The translations under genes and the position numbers were made by a program. 57,949 bases of DNA from a virus. Its lineage: Duplodnaviria > Caudoviricetes. The notes under the pieces were generated by a model. That model did no database searches and was not told where the DNA came from. It worked only from the letters and a program-made list of their open reading frames with translations. This document shows, one piece after another, positions 1-8,742 of the stretch; positions within the stretch are counted from its first letter, which is position 1, and the number at the start of each line of letters is the position of its first letter. Location of the stretch: IMG/VR virus record IMGVR_UViG_3300043580_000084, positions 1 through 57,949 of that record. One strand, 5' to 3'.

Positions 1-82
1 CCAAGAAACCGAGAAAAGATAGGGATTGACCCGGGGGAGGGGTGGGGGGTAGGGTCAGGGGGTGAAGGAATTTCAGAAGAGC
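1..82 (+). repeat. 82-bp inverted repeat, copy A (may be truncated by window start)
   Basis: Exact reverse complement of 56912-56993. Confidence 0.95.
26..55 (+). promoter_or_regulatory. sigma70/HrdB-type promoter TTGACC-18-TAGGGT, probably leaderless
   Basis: Hexamers at 26-31 and 50-55; GTG at 62 lies at the expected TSS distance. Confidence 0.7.
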
Positions 83-100
83 GAGGACAAGAGCTGGTGA
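62..100 (+). CDS. 12-aa mini-ORF MKEFQKSEDKSW coupled to the next gene
   Basis: First 7 codons identical to the RNA ligase start; GTGA overlap with ORF 97. Confidence 0.5.
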   Translation: MKEFQKSEDKSW

Positions 101-783
101 GTAGGAAGAGCAAGGCGTATCTGGCGGCGGCACGGTACCTGGCGGAAAGGTACGACTGCACGCGCCTGGATAACCTCGACACCTGGATCTTGAAAACGGT
201 GGAAGACCACCGAGACTCCTGGGACGTCATCTGGAAAGCAGCCCGGAGGGCTGAGTGGGTCCACTCCCAGCGTGACCTGGACGCACTTCAGGAGCGCTAT
301 GAAGCCCTCCAGGCCAAGTTCCAGCAGAGTGGGCGGCTCTACGACCAGGTAGAGAAGGAGAACAGGTACCACGAGAATGCCCTGGAGCTGGCCGAGCAGG
401 AGCTGACCAACCTTCGGGTCACGGTGCTGGAGGAGCGCGAGCGGCACACGAAGCTGGGCACCGTCCTCGAATCTCAGAACAGGGCGCTGAACGCCTGTAC
501 GGAGAAGCGGAACGAGCTATTGAGGCGGGCTCTGGCGGCTGAGGGCACGCTGGCTTCCTGGCCGAAGAGGGCTGAGCCCAGGATCCCCAAGAAGCCGGAG
601 GGTGACGGCTGGGAGTTGTCCTGGGTCCGGATGACCGGGGAGACCATCGCGGGAGTAGTGACCACCCATCCCCTGGTGCGCTGTCAGGCGGTCTTAGGCA
701 AGCACGCGTGCCAGAACATGACCCAGTCTGGCAAGGAGCATCCACAGCGCCACCAGTGCCACTGTGGGATCCTCTGGAGCTAG
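97..783 (+). CDS. hypothetical coiled-coil protein with C-terminal Cys/His cluster
   Basis: 228-aa ORF, heptad-rich middle, followed by a terminator. Confidence 0.8.
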   Translation: MSRKSKAYLAAARYLAERYDCTRLDNLDTWILKTVEDHRDSWDVIWKAARRAEWVHSQRDLDALQERYEALQAKFQQSGRLYDQVEKENRYHENALELAEQELTNLRVTVLEERERHTKLGTVLESQNRALNACTEKRNELLRRALAAEGTLASWPKRAEPRIPKKPEGDGWELSWVRMTGETIAGVVTTHPLVRCQAVLGKHACQNMTQSGKEHPQRHQCHCGILWS

Positions 784-797
784 ACTGAGCAGTACCG

Positions 798-829
798 AAC
801 CCGGTCCCTCGTGGGCCGGGTTTTTCTTT
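798..829 (+). terminator. intrinsic terminator
   Basis: aacccggtccc..gggccgggtt hairpin plus T tract. Confidence 0.8.
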
Positions 830-839
830 CCCTAACCCC

Positions 840-868
840 TTGACACTCCCCGGGGGCGGGGGTACAGT
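840..868 (+). promoter_or_regulatory. promoter TTGACA-17-TACAGT
   Basis: Near-consensus hexamers; CCCCGGGG in spacer. Confidence 0.8.
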
Positions 869-973
869 TCTAATCACTGGCGAGCGGACACCGAGAGAGT
901 GTCGCCCCAGCCCAATCCTTTTTACGAGCCCCGCGGGACCGACCCGCGGGGCTTCACCACACCAGGAGGAACC

Positions 974-1732
974 ATGGCCAGTACCGCAACCGTGCAGGCA
1001 CCCCAGGTCGAGAAGCCTGGTGTCTTCACCCAAGCTCGCATCTTCGTGATGCAGCACAGCAAGGATGCCGCCATCGAGATGCTTGAGACCATCAAGCGGA
1101 TCAAGAAGCGCTCCAACCTGATCACCAAGTTGGTGCTCCTTGCCAGCATGCCCCACCAGATCGGCTACCTCCTCTCCGAGGGGATGCCGTTCATGTTCTG
1201 GCACTCAGCGCCAGAGATCGCGCTCAGCTCGACTCTGATCCTGATGAGCGTGGTCGTCCCGATCGGCTGTGACCTGATGATCCTGAACTGCATCGAGGCT
1301 CTCGGTGCACGAGCTGCCGCCTCCGCCTGGCGGTGGGCAGCGTTGGGCATCATGTTCATCCCGGCCGGAGCGTCCGGTTACGTCAACTTCCTGGCCCCCG
1401 GGCCACCGATCATGCGGGTCCTGGCCGGCTTCGCCGTGCTACTGATCCCGCTGTCCCAGATCCTGCGGTTCATCAGTGTCGACTTCAAGAAGGTCGAGGC
1501 TGAGGAGCTGGACACGATCAGCCAGGTGCGGGGAACCACCGAGGAGCCCCCAGCTCCGCCGGCTCCGCCGACCAAGAAGATCGACGGGCTCCTCGCGATC
1601 CTCAGCGAGGCTCCGCACCTGACTGCAAAGCAGGTGGAGAAGCTGTACACCGACCGCTACGGCCAGATCAGCTACAACTACGTGGCTGACACGGTGAACA
1701 AGGTTCGCACCGGCCAACTGGCCGTTGCCTGA
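974..1732 (+). CDS. multi-pass membrane protein, SpdA/DUF2637-like, with C-terminal HTH-like tail
   Basis: AGGAGG RBS before ATG974; about 4 TM helices, PIGCDL and ASGYVNFL motifs, Pro-rich linker. Confidence 0.55.
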   Translation: MASTATVQAPQVEKPGVFTQARIFVMQHSKDAAIEMLETIKRIKKRSNLITKLVLLASMPHQIGYLLSEGMPFMFWHSAPEIALSSTLILMSVVVPIGCDLMILNCIEALGARAAASAWRWAALGIMFIPAGASGYVNFLAPGPPIMRVLAGFAVLLIPLSQILRFISVDFKKVEAEELDTISQVRGTTEEPPAPPAPPTKKIDGLLAILSEAPHLTAKQVEKLYTDRYGQISYNYVADTVNKVRTGQLAVA

Positions 1733-1736
1733 GCAC

Positions 1737-1774
1737 AAAGAAGGCCCCAGGACTACGGTCCTGGGGCCTTCTTT
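1737..1774. terminator. bidirectional intrinsic terminator
   Basis: aaagaaggccccagga..tcctggggccttcttt between convergent genes. Confidence 0.85.
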
Positions 1775-1779
1775 CGTTT

Positions 1780-2352
1780 CTAGGTCAGCACCACGCAGTT
1801 CACGGTGTAGATACCCACCCCGGTCAACGCGACCCGAGCCAGACCTGTCTGGCCAGCCCCGCCCACCAACTGGTTGTCCCGCTCCACGCGACAAGTCAGC
1901 CAGGCTGCCCCCGCTTTCAACATCTCCGGCGTCACCGTAATACTGGCCTCGACACTGAGGTGGTGCGGGATGCGCTTCTCGATGACGAACCCGGTGTGGT
2001 ACGGAGACCTTACATAGACGACGCCGGATTTCCCGTCGTCGAACACCACGAACTTATCCGGGTGGCCATACGATCCGACCCGGTCGACGACCATGATTTC
2101 ACTGAATTTCAGCGTCCCGCAGTTGTCGTCTTCCACCTCCACGAAGATCGTGTAGTTGTAGACCGGCGGGGCAGCGTTGAGGCCAACTGGCTGGGCCTTA
2201 ATCGGGGACGGCTGGCACTTCTGGGCCGGCTGGTTGTTCCCGGCCGAGTCTCCCTTGTCCCCGCTGGCGGGGACGTCGTACTTGTCGCAGGCGGTAGGGC
2301 CGGACATGACAGCCAGGGCTGCTACCAGCACAGCCGCTACGAGTCTAACCAT
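1780..2352 (-). CDS. putative lipoprotein
   Basis: Hydrophobic signal peptide then PTAC lipobox-like motif. Confidence 0.7.
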   Translation of the reverse strand: MVRLVAAVLVAALAVMSGPTACDKYDVPASGDKGDSAGNNQPAQKCQPSPIKAQPVGLNAAPPVYNYTIFVEVEDDNCGTLKFSEIMVVDRVGSYGHPDKFVVFDDGKSGVVYVRSPYHTGFVIEKRIPHHLSVEASITVTPEMLKAGAAWLTCRVERDNQLVGGAGQTGLARVALTGVGIYTVNCVVLT

Positions 2353-2584
2353 TGCTCTCCTTCACTGCGTGCCGATACTCCGACTCCAGCTCGAACAGGT
2401 CCAGCCAGTCAAACCGGTCCAGGAGATAGAACCCCCAGAAGCCATACCGCATGTAGCGCCACTGTGTGACTTCGGGGAGGGGTCGTAGTCGGATGATCCG
2501 GCCGTAGCGCGGGATCAGGTCGAGCTTGAGGATGAGCCGGCACACATGGTAGTGCACCGGACTCATCCTCTTGCCTCGTGTCAC
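2345..2584 (-). CDS. hypothetical protein
   Basis: Overlaps both neighbours, fills the operon. Confidence 0.6.
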   Translation of the reverse strand: MTRGKRMSPVHYHVCRLILKLDLIPRYGRIIRLRPLPEVTQWRYMRYGFWGFYLLDRFDWLDLFELESEYRHAVKESNG

Positions 2585-3450
2585 CTACCGACCCACACCG
2601 GCATCTTGCGGCTGTTGAGTCCCTTGTTGTAGGCGTCGGTGATCAGGTCGGCCACCGAGTGCGGCATCCGCATGCCGCGGTTGGCGGCATTGGCACGAGC
2701 CTTGGCGTGCAGGCCCTGCGCCCCGCCGGAGTACTCCTTGAGCTTGGTCCAGACGCGGGCGAAGTCCACGTTGGCCATGTTCTTGGCCAGGAAGAGGGCC
2801 ATGCCCTCGACCATGACGGCCTGTGTTGCCTGGCTGTCCCGGCCCCACGCGTTCGTGAGGGCACGAAGGCTCAGGTCGAGTAGGTTCGGGTCATACTCAC
2901 CCTTCAGGGAAAGCATGTAGACCCGACGCAGGGCGCCGACGCACTGGAGCTGGTTGTCGAGGTTGGCCGGGCCGATGCCCAGACCGAACTGCTTGACGAT
3001 GTTGTCGATCCCCACCGCCACCGGGTCCTCAGCCACCAGGTTGATCCGGAACTTGTCCAGCAGGTTGGGCTGGTTGCCAGAGTTGAGCAGCAGGAACAGC
3101 ACTGCCTCTTCCCGGCGGGTGAGACCCTTGAAGACGCGGGTCAGGAGCGTGCCCTGGCCTTCCGTGTTCTCCACGGTGGCGCGGTGACGGTGGGCACCGT
3201 CGAGGATGACGGTCTCGGCTGCGTTGCGCTCGGAGGCGGTGATGATGCCCAGCGCATCGGGGTTGTATTCCCGAAGGATCCGGTCGACCTTGCGCACGTC
3301 GAGGTGGTCTCGCTGCATCTTGGGGTCGACCTCCAGCTTGGACACTGGAACCATGCGAACCTCGCTGCGACCCAGGTCGAAGACCGGGAGGACGAAGTCT
3401 TCGTCGCCGGCCTGCGGCTCAACGAACGTGGGAGTCTTGGCACTAGCCAT
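2581..3450 (-). CDS. ParB/Srx-like (DUF6551-like) protein
   Basis: VPVSKLEVDPKMQR..YNPDALGIIT..ILDGAHR motif. Confidence 0.75.
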   Translation of the reverse strand: MASAKTPTFVEPQAGDEDFVLPVFDLGRSEVRMVPVSKLEVDPKMQRDHLDVRKVDRILREYNPDALGIITASERNAAETVILDGAHRHRATVENTEGQGTLLTRVFKGLTRREEAVLFLLLNSGNQPNLLDKFRINLVAEDPVAVGIDNIVKQFGLGIGPANLDNQLQCVGALRRVYMLSLKGEYDPNLLDLSLRALTNAWGRDSQATQAVMVEGMALFLAKNMANVDFARVWTKLKEYSGGAQGLHAKARANAANRGMRMPHSVADLITDAYNKGLNSRKMPVWVGR

Positions 3451-4252
3451 GATTCTCTCTTTCTTTCAGAACGGAGCGGAAGCCAGAGAGCAGGGTGCTC
3501 AGTTGGCCGCGTGCCTTCACGAGCCGGTCGACGGCCTCGCGAAGTTCCTCTGTAGGCACCACGAGGGGGTGTCCCAGCTTGGACAGACTGTTCACTTGTG
3601 CCTCGAACGCTTCGGTCCCTCGTTCCAGGATGATGCGCTGCTCGGCTTTGACAGTGACGTTGCCGGTCAGGTTGTGCGGGGTTCGGTACAGGCGGGTGGC
3701 GTGGATTACGCCAAAATCCCCTGCCTCCACGCGGGTCGCCAGTGCTTGGGCGATCGAGTCACCAGCTTCGGCCCGCCTATACAGGAACATGGCCGCCTGG
3801 ATCTTGTTCTCCGGAAGCCGAAGGGTCAGCGAGAGCTGCTTACGCATACTTTTCTTAGGCTCCTCCTCGCCCCTGACCTGAGTCTTGTTGCCATCGGGCC
3901 CTTCGACCCAACCGCCGTTAGCTTTTTGACGCCCCCAGATGCGGGCGTAGTCCGTCACGGCGCTGATCAGATTCCAGGCCCGGATAGGAGTGAGCCGCTC
4001 ATGTCGGTCCGCGTGCTGTGGACCGAGCTGCTCCAACGCTTCCGGGAATGTGCTGACCACGACGGCGGGGGCAACCTCATGTCCTTGCGCCCGGTGCCAC
4101 AGAAGGCGCCGGAGCCCGTCGATCAGGACCATGTCGTCCCGGACGATGATGACTTCGGTGTACGTCTTCCTGGGCAGCCCCGCGGGCAGTGGTTCCGCTG
4201 CGGCGGCATCGCTGCGTGCAACGATGACGTCGTCGATGCGGACGTGCCTCAT
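3443..4252 (-). CDS. ParB N-terminal-like domain protein
   Basis: IIVRDDMVLIDGLRRL motif; GGAGG RBS before ATG4252. Confidence 0.7.
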   Translation of the reverse strand: MRHVRIDDVIVARSDAAAAEPLPAGLPRKTYTEVIIVRDDMVLIDGLRRLLWHRAQGHEVAPAVVVSTFPEALEQLGPQHADRHERLTPIRAWNLISAVTDYARIWGRQKANGGWVEGPDGNKTQVRGEEEPKKSMRKQLSLTLRLPENKIQAAMFLYRRAEAGDSIAQALATRVEAGDFGVIHATRLYRTPHNLTGNVTVKAEQRIILERGTEAFEAQVNSLSKLGHPLVVPTEELREAVDRLVKARGQLSTLLSGFRSVLKERENHG

Positions 4253-4329
4253 AGAGTTCCTCCTCCCTTTACCCCCAGGGGGGGGTATGGAGAAACTGTA
4301 GCACAATCCGAGAACTCGTCAAATGCTGG

Positions 4330-6768
4330 CTACGACACCGACTGGAGCCACTGGGTCGCCGGCCGGGACAGACCCTGGTAGACCCATGTCCCCGACTCGT
4401 CCCGGATCTTCGTGTACTGGGGCATCGCCGACTCCATACGGAACATGAAGCGGCGCGATCCGAGGCTCCGCTCACCCACCTGCCGGCACCATTCCGCGTA
4501 CCCGAGGTAGATGTCGTTGGCCTTGATCCGGCCACTCTCCACATAGGACCCATCGGCCAGCTTGTCGGCCACGAACCGTGCCACCGAGTCGGAACTGACC
4601 CGGTGATCCGCGGTCAGCTGGGTCAGCTGGGTCGGCTCCCCCAGGCCGTGGGCCAAGAACTGTCGCAGACCCTCCAGAAGCCAGTTGAAGATCCCAGCCG
4701 CCTCCGGGGCCAGGACGGTGCGGGCATAGTCGAAGACCTGATCCTGGCCCAGGAACACCGTTGTCAAGGGGATCAACTTCACCCGGGACCAGATGGCGTT
4801 GTCGTCAGAATTGAACCGGGGCGCGTTGTTGGTCGCCAGCCACAGAGTGCACTCCGGCACCCACTCCTGGGACTCCTGGTACAGGGCCCGGGACCGGACC
4901 GAGTCACGACCGGTCAGCCGCTTCAGCAGCTCCTCGTCGAAGTTGGCACCTTCGGCTGTCTCCGAGCTGGTGACGAACCGGCGCCCACGCAACTCGTGCA
5001 GGTCATTGGTCGGGGTCTTCTCGTTCTTGATGCTGCGGAACGTACCGGCCTGGGCTGTGGTGCCGTACGTGCCGAACACGTGCTGCATTGTCTCGATCAG
5101 CGTGGACTTGCCCGTCCCGGACGGTCCATAGAGGACGAACAGGGCCCGTTGGTCCGCGTCCCCCAGCATGGAATACCCCAGTGCCCGCTGGACATAGGAG
5201 CGCATCCCCTGTTCTGGGATGGCGGCCTCCATGAACTCTTCGAACCGCGGGCACTGTGCCTCAGGTTCAAACTCGGCCCCGGCCAACTGCACCTGGAGGT
5301 TGCCCTTGTCGTGCTCCAGTAGCTCACCCGAGTGCAGGTCCATGGTCCCGTTCGGCAGGTTGAGCAGGTGCCGGTTGGGTCCCCAGTCCGCGGAGGAGTA
5401 GGCCATCTTCATAGCCTTGGCCAAGCTGATGCCAGCGTTGATCCGCCCTGCGTTGCGGGACGTTTTCGCCCACTTGGCGAGGACCTTGTCACCGTTGGCC
5501 AGCGCCTCGGCAGCCATGGCCTCGGTCATCTCCATGTATTCACGGACTATGGCGTCATCGTGGTCAGGGACCCAGCGGACCCCATCCCACAGGTACCACT
5601 TCTTCTCGTCGTAGAGCCAGCGGTACCGGCCCTCGATACACCGCTTGAATCTCATCCCGTTCCCCACGTCGTCGAGCGTGTAGTGCTCGACGGGCTCCCC
5701 AGCCACGGCCTCGGCCCGGTGGAACACCACCTCATCGATGGTGACGACTGCCGGACGCTCTCCGTACCCTAGCCGGGCCAGGGTCTGGGCCGCAGCGTGA
5801 TGATCCCCGCCATGATTCAGCAGGGCGTAGGCACCGAACTTGGTGTACGGCACCTCGGCCTCGAACTCGGTCGAGGTGCTAAACACGTACAGCCGATCCC
5901 GGTCATTCGCCCGGCCCGTGGTGGCTGAGGTGCCGTCCCGCATCTCCTTGCCCGGCCGGGTCCAGTGCCGCTCGTTGCCGGGGCCTTTGTGGGACACCCG
6001 CCAGCCAGTGGGGGCCAGGATGTCGTGCCAGTCGACCCGGGCCTCGAAGTCGTCACCAGGGGAGAGGCTGGATACAGAAGTGGCAGTGGTAGCGCTTACC
6101 GGTACCAAGGTCTGCACTGAAGACATTGTAGGTACCGCAACCGGCGCAGGGCTCTCGTCCAAGGCCAACTGGAGGGCCTGGTGGAACAGGTTGCGCTCCT
6201 GCCACGTGATCACTGGGAGTTTCCCGTACTGGCCCTGAAGCAGCTGCCAGGCTTCGCCGGAGGGATGACAGATACCGCTCGTTGGCGCGGTGATCACGTA
6301 GCCGCCGTGGCCACGTGTTTCGACTAGGCACAGGCGGTTCCCTTCCTCGTCCCGGGCCTTCTGGGCGATCTTGGTGTTCCCGGGTACCTCGTGGTCCGAG
6401 ATACGGTACAGAAAGTGCAGACCTCCGGAGGGGGAGGTTTCGGTGAACCCTTCCGGGCCGGAGAGGAGTTCCCAGATGTGGCGGGCCCCGGTCTCGTCCA
6501 TGCGGTTCATGACCTCGGTCATGGACCTCCCGTCGAGGGCACGACCCTCGATCTCGCACATCTCCAGGCCGCCGGACACACCGCCGCAGATCAGGGCAAG
6601 GCCCCAGGTCTTGCCGTTACCCCACCAGTCATGGACCTCGTCCAGGGTCGGGGCGGTGGCGATGTACGGGCTCCAGCGGATGGCCGGGCGCTTGGTCTGG
6701 TTGGCCAGGATCGGGATAACCGAGACGCCGGATGCTTGCCAGATCCGAGCAACTTCTGCTACGTTCAT
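4330..6768 (-). CDS. bifunctional Prim-Pol primase fused to D5/P4-type SF3 helicase
   Basis: VIPI..KRPAIRW, ETSPSGGLHF, ETRGHGGYV..PTS; Walker A GPSGTGKST; KRLTGRD; LATNNAP. Confidence 0.92.
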   Translation of the reverse strand: MNVAEVARIWQASGVSVIPILANQTKRPAIRWSPYIATAPTLDEVHDWWGNGKTWGLALICGGVSGGLEMCEIEGRALDGRSMTEVMNRMDETGARHIWELLSGPEGFTETSPSGGLHFLYRISDHEVPGNTKIAQKARDEEGNRLCLVETRGHGGYVITAPTSGICHPSGEAWQLLQGQYGKLPVITWQERNLFHQALQLALDESPAPVAVPTMSSVQTLVPVSATTATSVSSLSPGDDFEARVDWHDILAPTGWRVSHKGPGNERHWTRPGKEMRDGTSATTGRANDRDRLYVFSTSTEFEAEVPYTKFGAYALLNHGGDHHAAAQTLARLGYGERPAVVTIDEVVFHRAEAVAGEPVEHYTLDDVGNGMRFKRCIEGRYRWLYDEKKWYLWDGVRWVPDHDDAIVREYMEMTEAMAAEALANGDKVLAKWAKTSRNAGRINAGISLAKAMKMAYSSADWGPNRHLLNLPNGTMDLHSGELLEHDKGNLQVQLAGAEFEPEAQCPRFEEFMEAAIPEQGMRSYVQRALGYSMLGDADQRALFVLYGPSGTGKSTLIETMQHVFGTYGTTAQAGTFRSIKNEKTPTNDLHELRGRRFVTSSETAEGANFDEELLKRLTGRDSVRSRALYQESQEWVPECTLWLATNNAPRFNSDDNAIWSRVKLIPLTTVFLGQDQVFDYARTVLAPEAAGIFNWLLEGLRQFLAHGLGEPTQLTQLTADHRVSSDSVARFVADKLADGSYVESGRIKANDIYLGYAEWCRQVGERSLGSRRFMFRMESAMPQYTKIRDESGTWVYQGLSRPATQWLQSVS

Positions 6769-6955
6769 CTCGGTTCCTTTCTAGGGGGGGCCCCCGAATA
6801 GCTGAGCCAAAAAGCCTGCGGGGGTCCCCTTAACCGTGTCCCAAGTCAGGTGGACCCAGACTGCCACCTGTCCTTCGACTACACCAGGGGCTTGACAAAC
6901 CCATCGATACAGTCCCATAGATCGATATTAAGTTGACCATCAATCCTGGGGGATT

Positions 6956-7597
6956 TCAGAACGGGATCTCCTCATTCTGAGGCTGATCCTGGTGATTAAC
7001 CTTGCCCAGACCGCGTAGGCGGGCCAGGACATCGGAGGTACCTGCCGGCTGCTGGGCGAGTCTCGCCTGAGCTTCCAGCGGAGTCTCCTCGATCCGGGTC
7101 TGCGGTCCAGGACCACCACCCCAAGCCCGCTGTGTCTGCGGGGCTACTGTCTGTGGCTGGATTGGGTTGGCTTCGACCTCACCCGGAGACGAGGGCACGA
7201 AGTCCGGGTTGCGCTCGCACCACGCCCGGAAGCGACTCATCGCCTCCTTGTCCGCGCTCTGCGTGTGCAGCTCGTACGGAGAGTTGGACTGGGTGCCTTT
7301 GCTCAACCGAATCAAGATCGGATTGGGGAGCCCGACCCGCTTCTTCAGAACCATGATCAACCGAGATTGGCGCCACCACGAGTTGCGCCCGATCACGCCC
7401 TCGTATCCGTCCGAGTCGACCTGGTCCAGGTCGACCCCGTCCACCACGATCACATCCGAGTTGCGCCCCGGGATCGAGTGCCGGGTCGGAGAATGCTCGA
7501 TGTACCTGATCGCCCAGACAGCCAGGAGGTGGCCCAGGATCCCCTTAGGGTCCAGGTATTCACCGCCAGCTCCGGGGTCATCCACTTCATATGCCAT
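6956..7597 (-). CDS. putative ssDNA-binding/annealing protein
   Basis: Between exonuclease and primase; disordered tail ending in acidic-aromatic NEEIPF. Confidence 0.55.
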   Translation of the reverse strand: MAYEVDDPGAGGEYLDPKGILGHLLAVWAIRYIEHSPTRHSIPGRNSDVIVVDGVDLDQVDSDGYEGVIGRNSWWRQSRLIMVLKKRVGLPNPILIRLSKGTQSNSPYELHTQSADKEAMSRFRAWCERNPDFVPSSPGEVEANPIQPQTVAPQTQRAWGGGPGPQTRIEETPLEAQARLAQQPAGTSDVLARLRGLGKVNHQDQPQNEEIPF

Positions 7598-7613
7598 GTG
7601 CCTGCTCCTGTTC

Positions 7614-7880
7614 CTACTCCGGTACCGGTGCTGGTTGGAAGAACCGCGGCTCCTCGTTGTGGTAGTACGGTGCCTCGACACCGGCGCTCTCCACCTCGGG
7701 TTCCGCGTCCTCCTCTTCGTCTACATCATCGTCATCTGCCGCCGCTGTGATACGGGCCGACAGCTCCTTGATGTCCTCGTTGGCGTCATTCAGCTGATCG
7801 GTCCAGCGAGCGACCGCAGCCTGCGCCTTCTCCCGACGCTTCATCGCCTCGGAGAGTTCAGAGATCAGTTCCTCGTTCAT
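7614..7880 (-). CDS. small acidic coiled-coil protein
   Basis: MNEELISE..DDDDVDEEED. Confidence 0.7.
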   Translation of the reverse strand: MNEELISELSEAMKRREKAQAAVARWTDQLNDANEDIKELSARITAAADDDDVDEEEDAEPEVESAGVEAPYYHNEEPRFFQPAPVPE

Positions 7881-7905
7881 CCTCCACCCCCTTCCCCATC
7901 TCTTG

Positions 7906-8742
7906 TTAGTTGCCAGGACAACCCGTGTCATCGGCTGCCCTTTCCGGGTCTCGGTGAGAGTCGAACCAGGGGCAGAAGGCACACCCTTTACCTGGGGTGT
8001 GGTCAATCTGCTCCCACCTATGACTCTGCGTCAATACGTCCAGATCCACGACCTGTTGCGCGATTCGGTACAGGCGACTGAGTGCATTCTCAGCCACATC
8101 CCGCTCATAAGGAGCGGACCACACGTACATCTCCCGGAGCCAGCCGGCCCGGGGAAGGAAGACGAGGGCCACCCTTTCCACGGGGATGCCGGCCTGTTCG
8201 AACATGTACCCATACAGGTGAGTCTGGATCATGTAGCCAGGTGAAGGACCGTGCAACTCGGACATCCGAATCACGTCCTTCGACGCTGACTTCCAGTCAA
8301 TGACCGCCTTGTGTTCCACGTTGTACAGGTCCGCGTGACCCTCAATGAACTCGTTCAGGATCAGCGTCGTCTCGGTGTGCCAGTCCTCCGAACCCTGCTC
8401 CTTACCCCAGGCCGTGACCGCCTTCTCCAGCCAGGAGTGCAGGGCTGTGCCCACAATCCCGGCCCACGGGTCGAATCGGGTGTTGACCGGCGGCACGTCG
8501 GCCAGTCGCATGCCCAGGCGCCGGTCGCACGGGTCCCCGATCTCGGAGGGCCCGATGGCCTGCTGCTTGGACCGCGGGTTCTCCCCGTCGTACCAGCGGA
8601 TGATGTCCGTCAACTTCTGCTTGAGTAGGGACGAGAACGAGTCCCCGCCGTCCGGTTCCTCCACCATGAGACAGCTCGGGTGGATGACCGCCGGGGCCAG
8701 CACCGGGTTGAGGACACCGCCACAGGCGACGCAGTCGGTCAT
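7906..8742 (-). CDS. Cas4-like/PD-(D/E)XK exonuclease
   Basis: PSEIGDPC, GTALH, GHADL..IDWKS, QTHLY, CAFCPW..C. Confidence 0.88.
   Translation of the reverse strand: MTDCVACGGVLNPVLAPAVIHPSCLMVEEPDGGDSFSSLLKQKLTDIIRWYDGENPRSKQQAIGPSEIGDPCDRRLGMRLADVPPVNTRFDPWAGIVGTALHSWLEKAVTAWGKEQGSEDWHTETTLILNEFIEGHADLYNVEHKAVIDWKSASKDVIRMSELHGPSPGYMIQTHLYGYMFEQAGIPVERVALVFLPRAGWLREMYVWSAPYERDVAENALSRLYRIAQQVVDLDVLTQSHRWEQIDHTPGKGCAFCPWFDSHRDPERAADDTGCPGN

Noticed and set aside
7906-8742. Cas4-like gene as a sign of CRISPR-Cas
   Set aside because: No repeat-spacer array or other cas genes seen; solo Cas4-like exonucleases are common in phage replication modules.
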